Made by a program: the position numbers and the translations under genes
In this document: one piece after another, positions 24,861-32,000 of the stretch
Layout: each line of letters starts with the position of its first letter
Numbering within the stretch: position 1 is the stretch's first letter
The notes under the pieces: model-generated
Database searches by the model: none
Seen by the model: the letters and a program-made list of their open reading frames with translations, nothing else
What the model was told of the DNA's origin: nothing
Assembly (NCBI RefSeq): GCF_009831105.1
Contig: NZ_WUUQ01000003.1
Coordinates: 155,872 to 187,871, forward strand
Direction: 5' to 3'
From: Copranaerobaculum intestinale
GTDB lineage: Bacteria; Bacillota_I; Bacilli_A; Erysipelotrichales; Erysipelotrichaceae
DNA length: 32,000 nt

Positions 24861-25369
24861 ATTATCGATTCGCAGATGTTTTGTCGAACGGGGACAGATA
24901 AAGGGTGATCGTTTGTGTAATACTTATCATTCTACAAATTCTGACAATTTTCATAATCATTTTCATGAAAATAAATGATTTATCATGCAAACTTTGTGAA
25001 AATTTATCGTGATGTTAGGGCTTACAACATCATTTATTGTGATAATTGCCAATAGTTTCACATATTTTGCTTTTTTTCGAGATTTTATTCACAAATGCCC
25101 GATTTTGGGAGAATATACAATTTCACATCCCTTAATTGTCCTACATCGCCCCTTTTATGAGTGTAAGATATACACGTAAAGAGGTTCGTCTTTTTACAAT
25201 GCTCCATGGAAGCACTTGAATTATTTTTAATTTTTTTGTCAGAAGCTGGAAGCGCTTACCCCTTCAGGTAGCGACTTGCAGCACTGAACGCAGTATCTGC
25301 TGTTTGTTTGAATGCCCTGATTGGGGCGCAAATCTATTTTTATTAATAGAGGAAGGAGAATTTTAAATT

Positions 25370-26605
25370 ATGACAGCTATTCATGTAACAAGCGAGATCA
25401 AACCGCTTAAAAAAGTATTATTGCACAGGCCAGGCAACGAGTTATTGAATTTAACTCCTGATACCCTGGAAAGACTTCTGTTTGATGACATTCCGTTCCT
25501 GCCGGTTGCACAGGCCGAGCATGACGAATTTGCTGGTATTCTGAGAGACAACGGTGTTGAAGTTGTTTATTTGGAAGACTTGGCAGCTGAGACTTTGGAC
25601 CAGGATCCTGCTATCAGAGAAAAATTCCTGAAACAATTCATTAACGAAGCAGGTATTGGCACAGAAAAATATAAAGAGCTGACATACCAGTTCTTAGATA
25701 AAATCAAAGATAATAAAGAATTGATCCTGAAAACTATGGAAGGTATCAACGTAAACGAACTTCCTTTAGAAGCTCGTAACATCGAGAACTCACTGGTTGA
25801 CTTAGTAAGCGAAGAAAGCAACTTCATCGCTGATCCAATGCCAAACCTGTATTTCACTCGTGACCCATTCGGAAGCATCGGTGATGGCGTGAGCTTGAAC
25901 CGTATGTATTCAGTAACTCGTAACCGTGAGACTATCTATGCTGAATATATCTTTAACTTCCACCCTGACTTCAAAGGACAGGTTGAAAAATACTATGATC
26001 GTTACAATCCGTTCCACATTGAAGGCGGAGATATCCTGAACCTGAACGAGCATGTTCTGGCTATCGGTATTTCTCAGAGAACTTGTGCTGACGCAATCGA
26101 AATGATCGCTAAGAACATCTTCAACCACCCGAACACAAAGATCGATACGATTCTGGCATTCAATATTCCAGTATCTCGTGCATTCATGCACTTAGACACT
26201 GTGTTCACACAGATCGATACAGATAAGTTCACAATCCATCCGGGTATCATGGGACCTCTGGAAGTGTTCGAAATTACCAAAGGCAAAACGCCTAATGAAG
26301 TTTCTGTAAAAGAAATGAAAGACGAACTGGAACACATCCTGGCTCACTACCTTGGTTTACCAAAAGTTGAACTGATTCAGTGTGGTGCCGGCGATCGCAT
26401 CGCAGCTGAACGTGAACAGTGGAACGATGGTTCAAACACTCTGTGTATTGCTCCAGGCGTTATCGTTGTTTACCAGAGAAACAATATCACCAATGACTTC
26501 TTGAGAGCAAAAGGCTTAAAAGTTCTGGAAATGTCCAGTGCCGAGCTGTCAAGAGGACGCGGTGGTCCTAGATGTATGTCTATGCCTTTAATCAGAGAAG
26601 ACTAA
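25370..26605 (+). CDS. arcA: Arginine deiminase
   Basis: 411 aa. [15 protein letters not shown]…, FTRDP, HLDTVF and the C-terminal [10 protein letters not shown] catalytic-Cys motif. GGAAGGAG SD. Confidence 0.95.
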   Translation: MTAIHVTSEIKPLKKVLLHRPGNELLNLTPDTLERLLFDDIPFLPVAQAEHDEFAGILRDNGVEVVYLEDLAAETLDQDPAIREKFLKQFINEAGIGTEKYKELTYQFLDKIKDNKELILKTMEGINVNELPLEARNIENSLVDLVSEESNFIADPMPNLYFTRDPFGSIGDGVSLNRMYSVTRNRETIYAEYIFNFHPDFKGQVEKYYDRYNPFHIEGGDILNLNEHVLAIGISQRTCADAIEMIAKNIFNHPNTKIDTILAFNIPVSRAFMHLDTVFTQIDTDKFTIHPGIMGPLEVFEITKGKTPNEVSVKEMKDELEHILAHYLGLPKVELIQCGAGDRIAAEREQWNDGSNTLCIAPGVIVVYQRNNITNDFLRAKGLKVLEMSSAELSRGRGGPRCMSMPLIRED

Positions 26606-26654
26606 TTAAAGACTAACTAAAACTGTAATTAACATTGGAAGGAGATTATTACAA

Positions 26655-27647
26655 ATGGCTGTAAATTTACGCGGAAGACATTTATTAAAACTGTTAGACT
26701 ACACTCCAGAGGAAATTCGTTACCTGCTGGACCTGTCTAAAGAATTGAAACACCTGAAGCTTACTAAGACTCCTCATCGTTACCTGGAAGGAAGAAACAT
26801 CGTTCTGTTGTTTGAAAAAACATCTACTAGAACTCGTTGCTCTTTCGAAGTAGCTGGTATGGACTTAGGTATGGGTGTTACTTACCTTGATCCGGGTTCT
26901 TCCCAGATGGGTAAAAAAGAAAGTATCGAAGATACTGCAAAAGTGTTAGGCAGATTCTATGATGGTATCGAATACCGTGGTTTCTCTCAGGAACTGGTAG
27001 AAGATTTAGCAAAACACGCTGGTGTCCCTGTTTGGAATGGTTTAACTGACCAGTTCCACCCAACTCAGATGCTGGCTGACCTGCTGACAATCGAAGAAAA
27101 CTTCGGTCGTTTAAAAGGACTGAACTTCACTTATATGGGTGATGCCCGCAACAATATGGGTAACTCTTTAATGGTTGCTTGTGCAAAAATGGGAATCAAC
27201 TTCACAGCATGTGCTCCTAAAGAACTGTTCCCAGCTGAAGATTTAGTTGAAACAGCGAAAGCGATTGCTGAAGAGAATCACTGCACAATCACTTTAACTG
27301 AGGATGTAAAAGCTGGCACACACAACGCAGACGTTGTTTACACAGATATTTGGGTATCTATGGGCGAGCCTGATGATGTTTGGGCTTCTCGTACAAAACT
27401 GCTGAAGCCTTATCAGGTAAATGCTGCAGTTATGGCTAATGCTAATCCAGAAGCTATCTTCATGCACTGCCTGCCTAGCTTCCATGATCTGAATACTACA
27501 ATCGGTAAAGATGTTAACGAGAAATTTGGTATTCCTGAAATGGAAGTTACTAACGAAGTATTCTTGTCTAAACAGTCTAAAGTATTCGATGAAGCTGAAA
27601 ACCGTATGCATACAATCAAAGCTATCATGTACGCTACTTTGATGTAA
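26655..27647 (+). CDS. arcB: Ornithine carbamoyltransferase (catabolic context)
   Basis: STRTRCSFE carbamoyl-phosphate motif, HPTQ, DVVYTDIWVSMGE and HCLP motifs. Lies between arcA and arcC. Confidence 0.95.
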   Translation: MAVNLRGRHLLKLLDYTPEEIRYLLDLSKELKHLKLTKTPHRYLEGRNIVLLFEKTSTRTRCSFEVAGMDLGMGVTYLDPGSSQMGKKESIEDTAKVLGRFYDGIEYRGFSQELVEDLAKHAGVPVWNGLTDQFHPTQMLADLLTIEENFGRLKGLNFTYMGDARNNMGNSLMVACAKMGINFTACAPKELFPAEDLVETAKAIAEENHCTITLTEDVKAGTHNADVVYTDIWVSMGEPDDVWASRTKLLKPYQVNAAVMANANPEAIFMHCLPSFHDLNTTIGKDVNEKFGIPEMEVTNEVFLSKQSKVFDEAENRMHTIKAIMYATLM

Positions 27648-27660
27648 GAGGAAGTATAAC

Positions 27661-28596
27661 ATGGGAAAAAGATTAGTTATTGCACTCGGCGGTAATGCTC
27701 TGGGTAACAATCCGGAGGAACAGCTGCAATTAGTTAAAGAAACAGCCAAATCTGTAGTCGATTTAGTAAAAGACGGTAACGATGTTATCATTGGACACGG
27801 CAATGGACCGCAGGTTGGTATGATCAACTTAGCAATGGACTTTTCGGCAAACGGAGGAGCAGGGACTCCTTCGATGCCGTTCCCTGAATGCGGCGCTATG
27901 AGTCAGGGGTACATCGGTTACCACCTGCAGCAGGCTATTCAGGAAGAATTAAAAAAAGCAGGAATTGACAAGGAATGTGCAAGTATCATTACACAGGTTG
28001 TTGTCGATGAGAAAGACCCTGCATTTGAAAAACCAAGCAAACCGGTTGGAATGTTCTACTCCAAAGAAGAAGCTGAAAAAATCCAGAAGGAAAAAGGCTT
28101 TACATTTGTTGAAGATGCTGGCCGTGGTTACAGAAGAGTCGTACCTTCTCCAAAACCACAGCGCATCGTTGAACTGAACGTTGTTAACCAGCTGGTTGGA
28201 CACGGTAACGTTGTGATTACAGTTGGTGGGGGCGGTATCCCTGTAATCGAAACGGAAGAAGGATTAAAAGGCGTAGCTTCAGTAATCGATAAGGATCGTT
28301 CCAGTGCAAAACTGGCAATGGACCTGAAAGCTGATATGCTGGTAATCCTGACTGCAGTAGACCGTGTATGCATCAACTTTAACAAGCCGGATCAGAAATC
28401 AATTGCTGAGATGACTGTAGAAGATGCAAAACAGTATATTAAAGAAGGTCACTTTGCTCCAGGAAGCATGCTGCCAAAAGTAGAAGCATGTTTGGACTTT
28501 GTTGAGAACAATCCAAACGGTGTCGCTTTGATCACATCTCTGGAAAAAGCAAAAGAGGCTCTTCACGGGGAGACAGGAACCATCATCAAGAAGTAA
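27661..28596 (+). CDS. arcC: Carbamate kinase
   Basis: VIALGGNAL…GHGNGPQVG…VVPSPKP…GGGGIPV…VIDKD motifs. GAGGAAG SD. Confidence 0.95.
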   Translation: MGKRLVIALGGNALGNNPEEQLQLVKETAKSVVDLVKDGNDVIIGHGNGPQVGMINLAMDFSANGGAGTPSMPFPECGAMSQGYIGYHLQQAIQEELKKAGIDKECASIITQVVVDEKDPAFEKPSKPVGMFYSKEEAEKIQKEKGFTFVEDAGRGYRRVVPSPKPQRIVELNVVNQLVGHGNVVITVGGGGIPVIETEEGLKGVASVIDKDRSSAKLAMDLKADMLVILTAVDRVCINFNKPDQKSIAEMTVEDAKQYIKEGHFAPGSMLPKVEACLDFVENNPNGVALITSLEKAKEALHGETGTIIKK

Positions 28597-28632
28597 TTCG
28601 TTTTTAAAAGAAAGAGAAAGAGAGGATGGATT

Positions 28633-30081
28633 ATGGAAAAGAAAAAAGGCTTTAAGATGCCTTCCGCCTTTACCATTCTGTTTTTAATCATCATTATTCT
28701 GGCGATTATTACACAGTTTATCGGCGGTGACGTTATTCCAGCAAAATTATCAGACGTAGTTATGGCTGCGCCTCGTGCTTTAGTTGGTTATTCTGGAGGC
28801 GAAGGTGCATCAGCCTTCTCCGTTAGTGGAGCTATCGACGTATCATTCTTCGTAATGATGTTGGGTGGTTTCTTGGGAGTTGTAAACAAAACCGGCGCAT
28901 TGGAAGCTGGTATCGCTCGTATCGTTAAAAAATTAAACGGTAAAGAAATTTACATGATTCCAGTTTTAATGTTCTTATTCTCATTAGGCGGTACTACTTA
29001 TGGTATGGCCGAAGAGACAATCGGTTTCTATGCATTAATCGTTAGTACCATGATGGCAGCAGGTTTTGATGCTATTACTGGTGCATCTGTTATCCTGTTG
29101 GGTGCTGGTGTCGGCTGCTTAGGTTCGACTATCAACCCATTTGCAGTTGGTGTCGCTGTTGACTCCGTACAGGCTGCTGTTCCAGGTTTAAAAATTGATC
29201 AGACGATCATCATGGGTCTTGGTGCTCTTCTGTGGATCACTTCATACTTGATTGCTTTGTTCTTCGTTATGAGATATGCGAAGAGAGTAAAAGCAGACAA
29301 GACAAAGACTGTCTTAACTGCTGCAGAAGTTGAAGCTACAGAAGCTGCATTCGCAGATGATGAAGAAGAAGAACCAGAATGGACCGGCAAACGTAAAGTT
29401 ATTATGCTGTTGTTTGCTTTCACATTCGTTGTTATGATTTGTTCATTAATCCCTTGGGGAGATTTCAACGTTCATTTCTTTGATGGATGGACTTCATTCT
29501 TAAACGGTTTATCTTTCGGTGAATGGTACTTCCAGGAACTGCAGGCATGGTTCTTCATCATGGCTGTTGTAGTTGGTCTGGTTTACCGTTTGAAGGAAAC
29601 GGAAATCATCAGCGCATTCATGAATGGTGTTGCTGACATGATCAGTGTTGCATTGATTGTTGCTGTATCTCGTGGTATCACTGTAATCATGGCTCAGACC
29701 GGATTACAGACTTATATCCTGAAAGCTGCTGCTGATGCACTGCAGGGTATTAACTCTGGTTTATTTACCAGTATGTCATACATTATCTACATTGGATTGT
29801 CCTTCTTAATTCCTTCTACTTCTGGATTGGCTTCTGGATCATTACCAGTATTCGGTCCTCTGGCTGTAAAGCTTGGTTTAAGCCCAGAAGTAATGATCAT
29901 GATTTTCTCCGGTGCTTGTGGTCTGGTAAACCTTGTAACTCCTACCAGTGGAGTTGTAATGGGTGGTCTGGCTACATCACGTGTCGAATTCACAACATGG
30001 GTTCGTTTCGTTGGAAAGATCATGCTCTGCATTTTAATTGCCAACCTTATTATCCTATCTGTAGCAATGATGATACTGTAA
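28633..30081 (+). CDS. YfcC/DcuC-superfamily membrane transporter. Putative arginine/ornithine antiporter of the ADI operon.
   Basis: 482 aa and highly hydrophobic (about 11-12 TM helices), with an acidic loop (ADDEEEEPEW). The sequence pattern matches YfcC-family proteins. The function is inferred from its position as the fourth gene of the arc operon. Confidence 0.8.
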   Translation: MEKKKGFKMPSAFTILFLIIIILAIITQFIGGDVIPAKLSDVVMAAPRALVGYSGGEGASAFSVSGAIDVSFFVMMLGGFLGVVNKTGALEAGIARIVKKLNGKEIYMIPVLMFLFSLGGTTYGMAEETIGFYALIVSTMMAAGFDAITGASVILLGAGVGCLGSTINPFAVGVAVDSVQAAVPGLKIDQTIIMGLGALLWITSYLIALFFVMRYAKRVKADKTKTVLTAAEVEATEAAFADDEEEEPEWTGKRKVIMLLFAFTFVVMICSLIPWGDFNVHFFDGWTSFLNGLSFGEWYFQELQAWFFIMAVVVGLVYRLKETEIISAFMNGVADMISVALIVAVSRGITVIMAQTGLQTYILKAAADALQGINSGLFTSMSYIIYIGLSFLIPSTSGLASGSLPVFGPLAVKLGLSPEVMIMIFSGACGLVNLVTPTSGVVMGGLATSRVEFTTWVRFVGKIMLCILIANLIILSVAMMIL

Positions 30082-30100
30082 ATAATAGATTTAAAAAAGA

Positions 30101-30122
30101 CCGGACGTGTTCCGGTTTTTTT
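30101..30122 (+). terminator. Terminator of the arc operon
   Basis: CCGGA-cgtgt-TCCGG followed by TTTTTTT, preceded by an A-run. Confidence 0.75.
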
Positions 30123-30139
30123 CTTGTTCGGCAAAAATT

Positions 30140-30169
30140 TTGTCATATGAGAAATCCATGTGCTATAAT
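30140..30169 (+). promoter_or_regulatory. Candidate promoter of the AraC-family gene
   Basis: TTGTCA (30140-30145), an 18-nt spacer, then TGcTATAAT (perfect extended -10, hexamer 30164-30169). Confidence 0.5.
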
Positions 30170-30188
30170 AATACCAGTTGGTGATGAA

Positions 30189-31442
30189 ATGGGTAAAATA
30201 ATCGAAATACAAAATCAATTCTGTTCTAATGTTGATCAGAAGAAATTTTGCAGCTTTGATATGGAAGTGGTGGATTCTCCTACAAATTCACTGATTCATC
30301 AAACTGCACGTTTTTTGTTTTATAAAAAGGGATACGGAACGATCGTTGTTGATGATGTTGAATATGAAATCAGACCGAATACGCTGATTGCAATTCTTCC
30401 ATGGGAGATATCGAAGATTTGTGATGTTACGCAGCAGCTTCATAATTATAAGATTATCTATAATTCTGAGGTTACGAATAATATCATCAAATCGATTTAT
30501 AATACGGACAATGAGATCTTTTCTATTCTTGACAATTTTTCAAAAAATCCAGTTGTTTACTGCAATCAGGAAGAAGCTAAGCAGGTAATGTATATCCTGC
30601 GTCAGATTCGCAGCGAGGTCGGGATGGAGTCTTTTTTAGAACCGGAAACTTATGAAGAGTTAAGCAATATTTATACGATTAATAAGATCATTGAATTAAT
30701 CGTCTTGTTTGCCAGGCTAGTCAGTAAAAAAGAAGCGATCTCACAGGGGAAAGAGCTTCCTAATTCTGATCATAAGAACCGCATTTTAAAGTATATTTAC
30801 AGCCATGCGAGCGAAAAGCTTACGCTTAGTAAAATGTCGGATATGTTTTATATGAGTGAATCCGCGATCAGTAAATATGTTCAGGATACAACTGGTCTTA
30901 CCTTTAACGATCTGTTAAATGAAATACGAATCGAAAAGGCGATTAACTTCCTTATGTATACAGATCTGACATTAAATGAAATAGCCTTGCTTACCGGTTA
31001 TGTAGATGCTTCTCATATTTCTAAGGTATTTGCTTCAAGGATCGGTACTACGCCTAATGAATATCGTAAGGTGTACCGGAAGATGAACAATATTGTGAAA
31101 GAGAAAGAAAAGCAGCTTTCCAATGCGGTGATTTCTTATATACATACTCACTTTGATGATGAAAACATTAACAGTGCTGCTGTGGCCGCTAATTTTAATA
31201 TCAGCATTGTTGAGCTTAATCGTATCTTAATTACGCAGGTTGAGAAAAATTTTGATGATCTGCTACATGTGCTTAGGATCAATCGGGCATGTGAATTGTT
31301 GTTGTCAACGAATCAGGCGATTGCTGATATCGCAATTACGGTCGGTTATAATAACTCAAAGACATTTTCCCGCAATTTCTTAAAGATTAAGAATATGACG
31401 CCGGGAATCTTCCGAAAGTCCATTGAACTTCAGGATAAATAA
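30189..31442 (+). CDS. AraC-family transcriptional regulator with an N-terminal cupin-like domain and two tandem AraC-type DNA-binding domains (417 aa)
   Basis: The start is chosen downstream of the promoter and terminator. The ORF's upstream 91 codons overlap the transporter gene. The first HTH_18-like block is …LTLSKMSDMFYMSESAISKYVQDTTGLTFNDLLNEIRIEKAINFLMYTDLTLNEIALLTGYVDASHISKVFASRIGTTPNEYRK. The second is …AAVAANFNISIVELNRILITQVEKNFDDLLHVLRINRACELLLSTNQAIADIAITVGYNNSKTFSRNFLKIKNMTPGIFRK. Confidence 0.8.
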   Translation: MGKIIEIQNQFCSNVDQKKFCSFDMEVVDSPTNSLIHQTARFLFYKKGYGTIVVDDVEYEIRPNTLIAILPWEISKICDVTQQLHNYKIIYNSEVTNNIIKSIYNTDNEIFSILDNFSKNPVVYCNQEEAKQVMYILRQIRSEVGMESFLEPETYEELSNIYTINKIIELIVLFARLVSKKEAISQGKELPNSDHKNRILKYIYSHASEKLTLSKMSDMFYMSESAISKYVQDTTGLTFNDLLNEIRIEKAINFLMYTDLTLNEIALLTGYVDASHISKVFASRIGTTPNEYRKVYRKMNNIVKEKEKQLSNAVISYIHTHFDDENINSAAVAANFNISIVELNRILITQVEKNFDDLLHVLRINRACELLLSTNQAIADIAITVGYNNSKTFSRNFLKIKNMTPGIFRKSIELQDK

Positions 31443-31472
31443 AACTCTGTATCAACAAAGTGATACAGAGTT
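31443..31472 (+). terminator. Hairpin downstream of the AraC gene (weak T-tract)
   Basis: 12-bp perfect stem AACTCTGTATCA / TGATACAGAGTT with loop ACAAAG, followed by TCCTTAATT. Confidence 0.5.
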
Positions 31473-31491
31473 TCCTTAATTCAAAAATGAA

Positions 31492-31517
31492 CCGCACCAC
31501 AAAGGTGCGGCTTTTTT
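31492..31517 (+). terminator. Second rho-independent terminator
   Basis: CCGCACC-acaaa-GGTGCGG, then C and TTTTTT. Confidence 0.65.
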
Positions 31518-31518
31518 A

Positions 31519-32000
31519 TATAATAAAGGAGCTCACCCGACGAAAAGGAGCTCCCAGATGAATTATAAACAATTAGATGATAAAAAGAAAGCACAAATAG
31601 ACATTCTGATAGAAACCGGATGTACAATGAGAGAAGTAGCAAGAAGGATGAATATCTCTCATTCAACAGTATCAAGATATAAAAACAATATCTACAAAAA
31701 AAGAAATATTGATATCAAGATAAAGTATCGGGACTTTTTAGATTACCTATATAAATATTATGATTGGCGAAATAAATCCATTGAGCTATGTATTTATGAA
31801 TTCAAAAAATATCATCCCCGAAAAGCATGTGTAAGCTATCAACAGGTATATAATTGGATCAATGAAGGAAAGATCAATATCCGAGTCCAAGACACCTGTT
31901 ATAAACGCAGTAAGCGGAAAAAGAAGGTGAATGGTATGATGAATCATTTAGAATGGTATATAGCCAATAAGACGGTATTACCGATCAGTTTAAGACCAAA
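31519..32000 (+). mobile_element. Left part of an IS30-family insertion sequence. The left boundary is not determined.
   Basis: The transposase gene begins at 31558. The terminal inverted repeat cannot be defined without the right end. Confidence 0.45.
31558..32000 (+). CDS. IS30-family transposase, N-terminal part. It runs off the window and is not in the ORF track because it has no stop.
   Basis: Hand translation without stops: MNYKQLDDKKKAQIDILIETGCTMREVARRMNISHSTVSRYKNN…CVSYQQVYNWINEGKINIRVQDTCYKRSKRKKK…TVLPISLRPK. This is the N-terminal HTH, second HTH and RP-region order typical of IS30 transposases. AAAGGAG SD. Confidence 0.7.
   Translation, partial: MNYKQLDDKKKAQIDILIETGCTMREVARRMNISHSTVSRYKNNIYKKRNIDIKIKYRDFLDYLYKYYDWRNKSIELCIYEFKKYHPRKACVSYQQVYNWINEGKINIRVQDTCYKRSKRKKKVNGMMNHLEWYIANKTVLPISLRP

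Noticed and set aside
29916-30188. 91-codon N-terminal extension of the AraC-family ORF
   Set aside because: It overlaps the last 166 nt of the transporter gene, the arc terminator and the gene's own promoter. The Trp/Cys-rich translation has no AraC similarity.
31481-31675. ORF 31481-31675(-) (64 aa)
   Set aside because: It is antisense to the IS30 transposase start and the terminator hairpin, and its translation is low-complexity Leu/Ser-rich.
1-32000. CRISPR arrays, restriction-modification, abortive-infection or other defence systems, prophage modules and biosynthetic gene clusters
   Set aside because: No regularly spaced repeats were seen. No ORF has nuclease, helicase, methylase, reverse-transcriptase, integrase (other than the IS30 transposase) or capsid-like signatures. 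Every ORF over 100 aa that I accepted has a more ordinary assignment.

Overview
This 32 kb chromosomal window comes from a low-GC, endospore-forming Bacillota (Firmicutes) genome. The spore-former call rests on a cotJABC operon. Any finer taxonomic guess, for example Erysipelotrichales or Clostridia, is not supported by anything I can compute here. Most of the window is housekeeping or metabolic: htpG (3' part), a HAD hydrolase, an RlmD/RumA-type rRNA methyltransferase, a DUF885 lipoprotein, DUF3783 and DUF3788 proteins, a membrane-anchored 5'-nucleotidase, an M18 aminopeptidase, a ZIP metal transporter and a DmpA/P1 peptidase.

Four parts deserve a second look:
1. An AT-rich accessory block at about 2.9-9.7 kb. 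It encodes an XRE regulator, a LytTR response regulator, a convergently oriented HPK10-type kinase with a large extracellular domain and a polytopic membrane block, and a 695-aa beta-helix-like surface protein with a non-LPXTG C-terminal anchor.
2. A divergent pair made of a MocR/PdxR-like regulator and an ECF S-component, with a three-copy AATATCCAG operator-like motif between them.
3. An arginine-themed neighbourhood at about 20.5-31.4 kb. It holds two solitary tRNA-Arg genes flanking a GNAT gene broken by an in-frame TAG, then argS, then arcA-arcB-arcC plus a YfcC/DcuC-type transporter. A 549-bp structured leader precedes arcA, and an AraC regulator with two tandem DNA-binding domains follows the operon.
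4. The 5' part of an IS30-family transposase at the right edge.

I saw no CRISPR array, no recognisable defence system, no prophage and no toxin-antitoxin pair. None of the candidates is demonstrably a new system from sequence alone. All family assignments come from motif recognition by eye on the supplied translations, not from searches.
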